From Ylistrum balloti (taxonomy: Eukaryota), in NCBI RefSeq assembly GCF_031769215.1, contig NW_026783057.1, forward strand, positions 186,001 to 245,306: DNA of 59,306 nt, written 5' to 3'. The notes beneath the pieces are model-generated. The model was not told the origin of the DNA, ran no database searches, and saw nothing but the letters and a program-made list of their open reading frames with translations. Position 1 is the first letter of the stretch; each line of letters begins with the position of its first letter. A program made the position numbers and the translations under genes. Shown here piece by piece: positions 48,231 to 59,306 of this stretch.

Positions 48231-51183
48231 GAAATACCAATGATAAAATATTTCTTGATATGACAGAAATAAAAATAAAAATATATACAATAATAATAAT
48301 AATTTATTGTTGTTATTCTGTAAAGAAAATAAAAGGTCAAGTATGTTTATCACAGTCTGACTTTGGTCCTATGTATAGAATGTACAGGTAACATGATTAT
48401 CCCGACTTGACCCCGATTGGGATTTAAGGTGCAGTATGAGTTATCTCCCTTAAACAGGCAAAATTGCTGGTAATGAGTTAACTGTGTAAAGTACGGAATA
48501 TGACGCTCAACATACATCTTATATTGCTATGACATTTGTTCATTTAACACCTGATGTCCGAAGTACATAGTATCCTGTATATTAAAATAAATCTGTCAAA
48601 CATGGAGAGTTTATATCATATATCATAAGTATGATTATGAGTTGTTATAATAAATTTGAAAGAAATGAAAATGGAATAATTATATTTTACAGAAAATCAC
48701 CCTGAAATTATCTTATCCCTATTAGTGATATATGCGACTAAAAGGAATGTATTGTGAAACAGATCAACATTTTACTCCACCACAAATGGAGAGAACACCC
48801 TTCTATCGTATTTGTTTACCGCGGATACCTGCAGACATAGTATGTCTCCTCCAGCTGCTTTCTCTTGTGTAACACGCATATTACTTTTCTGAATCCTGCG
48901 AATTATAAACTCTACATATATGTTAAATGAACGTGTAAGATAAACCAGAGTGATATTATATTTTATTTGAAAATAAATTTTGATCGTATCTGGTTATAAC
49001 AATATTATTTTCCAGAGTTACCGGGATATCTTTGCGATTATATGTGTGATAGATAAAAGTACAGAATTTTTCATAAGTCTCATATTTAGATAAATAAAGA
49101 TTAGCTTTGAAGCGCTAATCTCATAACGATAAACTATTGGTAGTGTGCCATTGTGTAAAACCTGATAAATGTGGCCAATTCGATTTTTATGTGGTTATTT
49201 GGGTAGTATACTTATACCTTCAGGATTGCCTTAATATGGACCCCCCCCCCCCAAATTAAATAACAACGACACATGCACACTGTCGACTACTATGAAGTAC
49301 AGATGATGTCAATCACCTGAAACAAACTGCCAGTTTATTGTATCTTTAACCACGGGCTCATTCGGTGCTATAACGATATAGTTGTACTGCTGTTTCTTTA
49401 TATACAGATCAAACAGTGAACATATCTCTGAATCGACATCCGAATCCGGTCCATTTGCCACTATTTAATCCTCAGTACGTGACTAAGGAAATGCTGACTC
49501 CGTCACTGACCAGATATTGATTTAACTACATCTTCTGTCTTTCTTCTCTCTCTGTCGTCGTGAGGTGAAGATGTGAATGAATCCTTTGGAAAATAGGGAA
49601 GATATCGTTTGAACTATTGTCGTGAACTTAATTATTATGTTAATACGTTATTTTAGCAAGTTCTTCTCATTGAATTTCCCGTGACCTTTCAATAAGCCCT
49701 TTAAACGCCATTTCGTTATAAAACATTAAATTCTTACGTCATATGTCATGTTTTTTTCGGTTCTTCAGACAGACGGAGGACGGGTGACAAGCGGGATGCA
49801 GATGATGTGTTACACCAAAAACAACCTTTACAACTCTGTTATATTCGGTTCCAAATAATTTCCCCGAAATGATACAATAAAAAAAATATCACTTTTAAAT
49901 AACCATATCGCTACCCTTTCGTTACCAACAATAATGTTGAATATTTATCCAAAGGTAGACTGAGCTCAGACTCCAGAACGCCGTTTATGATAGATAATTA
50001 TTAGCGCCCTATTTGTCTTCCGACATAACACATCCCTCGAAACCCACTCACGTTGAACAATAACAAAATTAAAGCAATGTGTGATTTGATACAGTATTTT
50101 ACAAAATAATTGTTCTCCCAAACCATTTCAAAAATTCAGTATTTGATGCCCGTATGTAGATTAGATGTAGATCAGTAACGGATGACATCTGTTCGGTTTA
50201 TGGGCATTTGTTCCCTTTTAACGAGAACGTATCATCATATCTACTGCTGTGTAAAGTATATTTTCAATTTATTGTTACCACGTGCTGAAATCGAACCGTA
50301 GTCTACAACCTGCCACAAATCCGTCAATGATGTCTTATTCTTTCGTGATCTTATTTTTCTTTATCATTATTTCATCACAAAAGTACACAGATGAAATTCT
50401 AAACAAACAACACTGGTAGTATCCATCCGATAGTTTGAAATAAGCAAAGTCATGTCCATTACTGTGAAGATTAAACTTGTACTGTAGCGGTAGTGCTGAT
50501 AAGAACATCACCAGTATACATGTATGTTTGTCGTGCCCTGTACATGATCCTACCAAAACAGGAGATGAAAATTCATGTGTCAGAGGTGAAAGATTAAGAA
50601 TATTCTCTTGGTTTAATTTTCAGATAATTCCCCGCCACGTTTCAGTAGAAATGAGGAAAAATACAGGAGTTTCGTCAAGATGTGGTACATTTGAAATCTG
50701 ACCAACCCGAAAAATCACTACATCGATATGGTCGTGAATGTGAGATAGATTCTACAGGTGGACCTTGAGAAAAGGCGCTAGTTCAAGAGCATTGATCAGG
50801 AATCCACGATTGGCACTTGTATTAAAATAACCAGTGCTTCACAACTCTTTGTCGGCACATTTTACTTGACTTCCTTAGGCCACCGTATTTCACCTTAAAT
50901 GCTTCCGGAGTGGAACGGGGAAGTCAATTAATTTGAAAATGTCTTTTTTTTCCGCGATCATCATCGGTTTTAACTTTAAAATATGTATTGGAATAGCTAC
51001 ATGTATAATTGATAATTCATATTTTGTCAACTTTTAACGAAACTTGTAGTGTTTTATATTATGCCTTGTATTTGTATTCCGGAATTTTTTTTAAAATTCC
51101 AATTTTAATATTAGTATTAACTATCAGCTTTCGTATCGACCAATCAAACACGTCGTTACATAAAATCTCTCCTCTTGCCTAAA

Positions 51184-51192
51184 CATAGCAAC
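51184..51192 (+). promoter_or_regulatory. RFX X-box half-site upstream of AK8 (CCAAT at about 51140)
   Basis: CATAGCAAC lies about 85 bp before the ATG. RFX is the established regulator of ciliary genes. This is a short motif and could occur by chance. Confidence 0.35.
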
Positions 51193-51274
51193 CATTGACG
51201 CCAACAACATCAACGTTGATCAAAACGAAAAGCACAGTGTCTCTTTGTAGATAGTTGTTCATTGAAAAACAAAC

Positions 51275-54200
51275 ATGGATCAAACGAAGAGACCGCTGTT
51301 GATCCCTCCAGAGTTTAGCACATATGCTGAAAAACATGGAATTTTCGATATGTACAAGGTAAAATCATATTTTATATGTCATGCACATGATGCAGGTCTG
51401 TGTCTGTTTCAAAATTTCTATGCTTATTTTCAAAACTACTACATGTAATAGTTTCAAGAGCCCATTTAAGTTCCAGTGCGTCTTTTCAAATCCAGAGATG
51501 TTTCCATCTTGATTAACTTCACGTAGCCTTGTCGCCAACACCACATGGTTCCGTCAGGTCAACTTGATATTGGCCACATTAATAATAATTCTGACCTGCT
51601 ATATAAATTCGTGTAAAATGTTACAATCACCTGATAGTTCTTTACTTTTAATAAATATTTGAAGGTTTCAAATCATTTTTATGAAATATACTCATAATAA
51701 TGTTCAAATATCATAAACATCATCTCAATACCAACAGATAAGATTACATCTACCATTTTATCGACCTCTTTCAATATACTGAATATCGTGTCGATATAAG
51801 TGGTGTGTGCAATATGCAAAGTAAAAAACAGAAAAATAGCATTATGTCTTTTTACCTGATGACCATTCAAAACACTGTCACTGCACACCAAGGTAATCAA
51901 TAAGTAACTAGTAGAGTGGATAATAAAGAACGTACAATGCCAATGTTCTGAACTTACTGTATCTTATACAGTAATCAGTACACATTGAGGTGAGGAATTA
52001 AAATGTGGCCAGCTGGACCAAACACAACTTTACAGCATAAGATATAAAAGATACTGCTCAAACCAAATCAATGTGAAAACATGTGGATGTATAATTTCTA
52101 TGGACAATGATAGACATCCATGATTCAGATTTTAATATTTTGATTTTTAATTATATTTTGATAGGGTCACTAAGTTCATAAATTACAACCAGGGTTTTCC
52201 ATAAGAGTTGGTCGCCGGCAAATTTGACTGGTTACTTTGATCATTTGGCCGCCTACACTCTGACAACGTGTGCAAAAATTACCATATTTATATTGTAAAT
52301 ATCCTTCTTGGTAATGAAACTAGTTTGCGCGTAAACTGAATATGGACAATTGAGTTACCAACCCGTGAGGTGGGTTGAATGGAGTTGAGTACATGAAGCT
52401 ATAAACTTAACCCTTATAAATACTAGCTATAACATATTGCTCTACCAAACTTCTCTAACTCAGGATAACGACTAGCAAGTCAGTAAAATAGTTTTTGTGT
52501 TGATTTTCAGTAACCGAAAGAAAGTAATTTTTTCATCATGTGCCGGTACCATTTTTTTGTTCTTCTTTTTCAACATGCAGAAACTGATGGAGCAGCTGAT
52601 AATCAACAAACCTGCTGATCCTGTGGCATTTCTCATTGACTTGTTGAAGCGAGATACCCATGATGGTAAGGAAACTATGTACACTTGTTAGTTAGTATTT
52701 TTTAAGGTTAGTGTTATAGAGTATATCAGTTTAAGAAAAAATGCCATACATATTTTCTTAAACCAAGAAATTAGAAATATTTAATTGTATTGTCTATTGG
52801 GTTTGATCCCATTGTTGTAGTCAATCATAGGTAGTTTTATTGGTTTTAATCTCCAAGTCTTTAATTGCATTTCCCCACTCTGCTTCTGAAAATTGTTACA
52901 ATGTGTGGTAAGGATTTATTTAACATCTGTTCTCTTGTAATTCAAGTTCCACAGGTAATTATCATTGGGCCACCTGCATCTGGAAAGAAGACAATTTCTA
53001 AGATGTGTGCCACCAAACTTAGGACAGCCCATCTCACAACAGATAACCTCATTATGGAAGCAGAGACTGATCTTAAGATGAAGATGCTCGATCTACAGAA
53101 GAAAAAACAAGTAAGTTATCATCGTATGATGAAAGGTAAAGATTTCTGTGAGCTTCAACCTATCTTATCATAGAATTCCATGCAAAAAAAAATGTGAAAC
53201 AACTCGAATTGAATATCAAATCAGAGACTCAAAGCAGTGTAAGACAAAGTTCAAATTATCATATATTTGAAATATAAAGGAAATACTTGGTGTTACATAT
53301 TACCATATATAGTCATTTAGAGTCTGAAAATATAACCAGTAAGAGCATACTCTTCAAGTATAAAGCAGAAAATACCTTGTATCACTTTAGTCTTTAATTA
53401 TCAAGTTTTAATACTGTTGACACAAACAAAGAAGGTTGCTTGTAATTTTTTTTGCAAGTCATTCAGTACCATTTCATCATTTCCACTATTATCTGTTGTC
53501 TAATGCAGCTCATGCGAGTACCTTTATATATGTGTAAAAATATTTTCAGTATCAGTGTTTGTACCAACTATGCTGTATGTACATACTACGTTTATCGACT
53601 CCCCTGTATTCGATCAGGAAATTAATTGTTTTGGTTACATTGAATAGAAGATACTGTTCTGATTGGTCAATATGAAACATGTCATTATTTCATCCTTTAT
53701 TTATAGCCCATTCCAACAGATATTTGGGTGAAGGTGATTGCAGATAGGGTTAAACTTCCAGACTGTGTAAAGAAGGGCTGGGTAATGGAAGGTTTTCCAC
53801 AGACCAGAGAACAAGCCTTGGCTATGCAGGCTATAGGAATTCATCCGAAACATTGTGGTATGTCACTCAAGTCAATTTGTAGTTTTGCAAAATTTTCTGT
53901 ATGTAAAATTAAATCAAAATGTATACATAATCTAGATTGACATTTTGTTCTTATCACTATTAATCAGCTGAAATAGGAGTTTGGTAAGAAACTGCTCTCT
54001 AATTGTTTTTATTGTAGTTTTTTAAAATCTTTTCATATTATGATGAGAAATGGTACAAATGAATAATTACAAGAAATTGATTGTTTCTTTAATTGTGTCT
54101 GTAATGTTTATTTATAGTTCTGCTAGATGCTCCAGACACAGTTTTGATTGAAAGAGCCCATGGAAAGCGAGTGGATCCAAAAACTGGAGGTCAGTTTAAG

Positions 54201-57200
54201 ATATATGGAGTTATAACCCTTACAGTAACCAGACAAGTAATCAATTGTGAAAAAAAATTAAAAAAAAAATGTCTTTTAGCAGTACCTATATTTAGGAGCA
54301 TCAAAGTGTAAAGGACCATGGATAATCATTTGTAAGTACAGTTAAAGTTATTGGCTGTTTGAAAGGAAATTGAGTGAACATTGTGGTACATTTCATCAGT
54401 CTGGCATCAAAACGAGGCATCAACTATACACATTAGAATTTTTTAAACAATTTCTTCTCTTGTGAATGGTCATGATGGCTAGTAGCATCATGGGGTAAAA
54501 AACTTTGATATGAGTGACCTTGACCTAAATTTCTCAGGTCATGAGAATGTTTCTTTTTTCATGTAGTGGGTTTATTTTTCATCTTTCAACAAGAAATTGG
54601 TATAAAATATTCTTCTTGTGTCAAACAGTTTATATAACCTATGATTTAAACCCAGTTTCCATTGACTTACATTAAACTTACAGACATATATCACACCACC
54701 TTTGACTGGCCATCCTCTAATGAGGTACAGAGCCGTCTGGAAGAGGCTGAGGGCTATGGGGAGGATGACATGGTGGCCAAACTCATAGAGTACCATAGGC
54801 ATATAGATGGTATCCTCACTTGTTTCAATAAGGGACTTAAAACAGTCAATGCTGATCAGCCACAGGCAGATGTCTTCCTTCAAGGTTTGTATATGTAATT
54901 CAATTGTTTAGGCAAAAACTATATCATCATTTATCTCCAAGCTTTGTAAAACAGAAATAGATTCAATTTTGGATTATTTTTATAAAAAACCCCATCAATT
55001 TAAGAAATGCACACACAACCATTGATGCATTATTTTCCCTTAAACTTGATTGAAATGCCAAGAAATTTTAGATATTGTAAATGCACTTTAAATTGATAGT
55101 GGTCAAAAGTGCCAGGGTATGTGAAAAGTTTTGCTTAATGTTTTTTCTCACTGTTGATAACATTTCAAGTTTAGAATTTACTCAATTTAACATATTGCAA
55201 AAAAGTACTAAGAAAAAATGAGTGGTAATACAAATTGTACTGAGCTTTGGTTTTTTCCACTTGCAGTGTTTACATACTTGTGCGGCCAAGCAAGAACAAA
55301 TGCCCCACACACCCCTCGGGTGGTGTTACTGGGTGCCACAGGATCAGGCAAGGGTGTCCAAGCCTCCCTTCTTGCTACCAAATACAACCTTGTTAGCGGT
55401 TAGTCTGGTTTTTATTTTCATATTCTTGATTCAGTAGAACTGTAATCTGTTATCTTTGCTTCTTACATATAGCCATTTCATTTTAACAGATTAACATTTA
55501 GCATTGTTTATTTTGATGCAGTGTCCTGTGGCTCCATGATTAAGCAAGCAATAGCAGATGAAACCAAGGAAGGTCAGACAGCTATACCATATGTCTCAAA
55601 GGATATGATGGGTGAGTTCTCAATCTGTTTCCTAAATTTATCACTAGCTCTTCAATTTTTTTTGTTTTGTCATTGCACATTATCAACCTTGTATGTTGTT
55701 TTAAACAAAATGCGGTTTGGTTGGCCGTTAAACAACATTTTCTGATTAACCAAAAGACACAGAAGCATGATATTTGGCTAATAGGTTCCTTTGATGAAGC
55801 CTGACTTATTGTTTGAAAAGAAATGACCTTGACCAACATGTTAGGTCACAGGGGTCAAATTTGTTAAAATCCTAAAACTTCTGACTAATCAAAAAGCATA
55901 GAAGCACGAATTCAGGTGATAGGTTCCTAGAATGAAGCCTGACATAGTTTGCAGTAAGAAATGACCTTGAACCTTATTCAAGGTCACCAGGGTCAAATTT
56001 GTTAAACCTTCAAAATGTTTTCTTCTGACTAACCTAAAGATGCAGAAGCATGATGATGCCTGACAAATTTGTGAAAAGAAATCAACTTGACTGAAATTGA
56101 AAGTCATAGGGATAAAATTTATTGAAACTTCATCTGATAAACCAAAAGTCCAAGAAGCAGGATATTTGGTGGAAGGGTGTTGTTAGGTCAAAAGCCCAAC
56201 AAATTTTGAGAAAATAAAAAGAAATGGCATCTACCTATAATCCATAACTATTACTGTTTCGAGTTGAGTATAAGAAGCTGTTTGTTGTGGAAATTGGTTG
56301 TAATTGATCACATGTACCAATTTCAATGCTAATGGTGTACATGTCAATATATTTGTGATATTAACACTGTTTCTATTTTTAATGTACATTGAATAAAATG
56401 TGAGCAATGCAGGCCTCCTGGGCCTCTTCTTTCCAATGGCATGGTGGCATAGTGAGAAATAAAATAATACCGGTATGTATTTGTGCCTAACAGTGCCTGA
56501 TGTGACAGTGATGGAGATCCTCAGACAGCGCCTTTCTCAGCTGGATTGTATGAGTAGGGGCTGGGTATTACATGGGTACCCTCGTACCCGGGAACAGGCA
56601 GAGGCTCTTACACAGGAAGGTTTTGTTCCAAACAGGTGAGTTGTGAATCTGTTATTTTAATTAATCCCTCACCTGGAACTAGAGGGGGCTATGGTTTTGT
56701 GTTATGTCCATCTGTCTTTCCATCTGTCCTCCTGCTTTCTTGTTCTGGCTCTGTCTTCTACAATACTTATCATGGGAACTTCATACTTTGGATATGCGTG
56801 AGATCGTGTTTTCTGTATCGAAAGTAGGTCATTGTGACTTACCTTTTGAACCTTGACCAACATTATAGAAAAAGCTTGTCCAGGCCTTATATACTACTAT
56901 ATTTATCATGAGAACCTAATACTTCAGGTTTTGCTAGTGCCACAGTGTGTTAAGTATCAGAAGCAAGTCATTGTGACAAACCTTTCCATCTTTGTCCTCT
57001 ATCATAGAAAATGGTTGTCTGGGCCCTGTCTCCTATCATGCTAATCACTGAAATATAATATTGGGGATGAAAGTTCAGCTTGATGGTACTGGGTGACCCG
57101 TATCATAAGTAGGTCACTCTAACCTTCTACACTACTAATCACTGGAACTCCATACATTGGTTATGGATTCACCTTGATGAAGCGATGTATCAGGTATCAG

Positions 57201-58266
57201 TAGTAGGTCACTCTGAGCTACATTGTGACCGTTGACCTACATCTAAATTGAAGTTTATCTGGGCCCTGTCTCCTACACTACCAGTCACTAGAACTACATA
57301 CTTGGATGTAGTTTCATCTTGGTGAGATGGTGTGTCGGTGGGGGACTGTAACTCGCCAAATTGTGTCTTGTTTTGTAGAGCATTGATCAAGATTTAAAAA
57401 GCAGTTATGAAAGAGGCTGAAATTTAATAAATTGTAATAGAGGTTCAATTGCAGTATGAAGGGTATATATATCAAGATATTTCAGGACACTATTAATTGA
57501 TGCTGTCCTGCTTGACACCTCATATGTCGGCCATTTTGATAGATTAAGAAATACATTCCTGCAAAATTAAAAAGCATCATTATCACACATGTCCCTCACT
57601 CATTCCTGTGAAAATTTAAAACAATATGTGTAATGTACATGTTCAACAATGTTTTTGTTTCATAAATACAAATGAAGTGATAGGTCATATATGATTTTCG
57701 AGTATCCAGGAAATATTTAGATTAGCTTGAATGATAATTGTTCCATGAAACAGGAAATGTGTTGTCTTTCTTGTTTCAAAGTCCCTAACTGCATCAAACT
57801 TGAGGAGGAATCTTGTTTCATGAGCAATGATATATTTATTGGTCACAGTTGTATCAAAATTCAGTTTATACTAGTGAAATTATATCAAATTTTAATATTT
57901 TCCCCAACCAACATTTAATTTTTTGAATGTGTACACTTGAACTATTTTAGAGTGTTCTTCTTGAATGTACCCAATGATTCTGTGGTGGAACGTCTGACAC
58001 TGCGAGCCACAGACCCGATTACTGGAGATCGCTACCACATGTTGTACAACCCCCCACGCACTGAGGATGTGAAGACAAGGCTACAGAAACACCCTAAAGA
58101 TGAGACTGAAGAGGTCAACAAACGTCTTGCAACCTACAATGCATATGTGGAGGAAATTTCAGACTTTTATGTGGATGCACAACATGTAAACGCTGACCAA
58201 GATCCTCATACTGTGTTTGAGTGTATTGAAAGCATGATTGTCAATCCACTGCCAAAAAAAGTATGA
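51275..58266 (+). CDS. AK8: Adenylate kinase 8 (two AK domains), 478 aa, 10 coding exons
   Basis: Exons 51275-51358, 52581-52665, 52947-53110, 53707-53857, 54118-54189, 54684-54884, 55267-55398, 55522-55611, 56494-56635, 57951-58266. Total 1437 nt, GT-AG, phases consistent. It has an N-terminal docking-like region ([15 protein letters not shown]), P-loops GPPASGK and [23 protein letters not shown] and YHTTFDWP, and ends [10 protein letters not shown] as in AK8. Confidence 0.95.
55770..56110. repeat. About 138-bp tandem core repeats (HINE-type) in AK8 intron 8
   Basis: AGGTTCC...GAAGCCTGAC...GAAATGACCTTGA...GGGTCAAATTTGTTAAA recurs with anchors at 55783 and 55921. Confidence 0.65.
56660..57375 (+). 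mobile_element. HINE-like element in AK8 intron 9
   Basis: It has a T-rich 5' start, a TCCATCTGTC microsatellite, the repeated core TCTGGGCCCTGTCTCCTA, and a 3' end GGGGGACTGTAACTCGCC...GTCTTGTT. Confidence 0.55.
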
Positions 58267-59306
58267 TTCAACCCTACCTGACAAGTGATTCGACCCTACG
58301 TGACATGTGACAATATAACTAACATTGATGACATTTTGTTACAAATGTGCTATGGTGAATGTGTCCATTAACAATAACATTTCTTTTGTAATGGCAAGCC
58401 TTCACACTGAAATAATTCAAAATTGGTTCGAAGTCATGATGGCACTCTTTATTGTGAAATCTGTGACAGTTAATTAAAAGCATATGTTAAAATTATATGT
58501 TATATGATAAAAATGTTGACTTAAAAATGATATATATAGCCACCTTATATTGTCCTCCTTCCATTCTAACAATACAGTATGGGAGATTATGGAACCGCTA
58601 ACACAGTGTTAGATGAAGTATATCATTATAAGATCAGTTTGTAAGTGCAGAGACAGAATTTTATGTGTAATAGAATACAAACGTCTGTCAAAATGACACT
58701 TTCCTAAACAAATATAAATGTGTTACATTTGTATGCCAATATTTTGTGTATTGATATCAGTTGTATCTTTGTAAATTTATCAAATGGTATTAAATATTCT
58801 GAAAGTACAAACCTGCTTCTTATGCCATACTTAATGCTTATGGATTAATTTCTAAAATTTGTCATGTTTTGAATTTTAAATATGTTTTATTGATGTAAGA
58901 AATTATTAAATTTATATTATGTCAATGGCAATGACTTAAGTAATTATTTGAAATGTGTAGTACAGCTAATTTATTGTTAGTTGTAATGTTTGCAAAGTTG
59001 GATTGATGTTCACTTTATTGAAACAATATCATACGGAAATTATTGTTTATGATATTTTTATTAAGATATAAAAAGTAAAATATCGAACATTTTTCTCATG
59101 TACGTTTTGTTTTAGTTTTAAACAATTAAAGTTAGGACCAATACCTCAAAATAAAGTTAAATCAATGACCACAGATAAACGTATTCAAGCTGGCAAATAT
59201 TGCCAATCGTATGACATGCCAATGAACTGCAACTGAATAAAAAAATTAAAAAGAAAATGATTTTTCTAAAAACATTCAATATGATCCTGTCAAATTAAGG
59301 AAGAGT

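Noticed and set aside
49000-51200. SPACA9 head-to-head with AK8, as in human
   Set aside because: Minus-strand translations inspected by eye showed no SPACA9-like sequence.

Overview
AT-rich eukaryotic genomic DNA with GT-AG introns. An invertebrate origin, probably a bivalve mollusc, is inferred from the repeat types and gene content. Six complete multi-exon genes can be assembled with consistent splice phases: alpha-tubulin (+, 972-6815); a class-V PLP enzyme of the LCD/CefD/Egt2 type (-, 18732-7381); zeta-crystallin/quinone oxidoreductase CRYZ (+, 22591-32105); two tandem divergent innexins (-, 37095-35428 and 45139-43543), plus a relic third innexin 3' end; and adenylate kinase 8 (+, 51275-58266). 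Introns and spacers hold CR1 and L1/Tx1 LINE relics, a tRNA-derived SINE, several Helentron/HINE-like elements and minisatellites. The most unusual signal occurs in two different genes: a short unit spanning a 3' splice site plus the start of the exon has been tandemly amplified. This stacks decoy acceptors, the nearest of which lead to in-frame stops, in front of the real one (57 bp x3 and recent in CRYZ; about 54 bp x8 and old in the PLP enzyme). Other leads are the PLP enzyme as a candidate animal C-S lyase, a 134-bp near-identical tract between innexins whose extracellular loops have diverged and carry glycosylation sequons, and a 34-bp perfect palindrome flanked by a 7-bp direct repeat. 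No database searches were run; family assignments come from recognised motifs.
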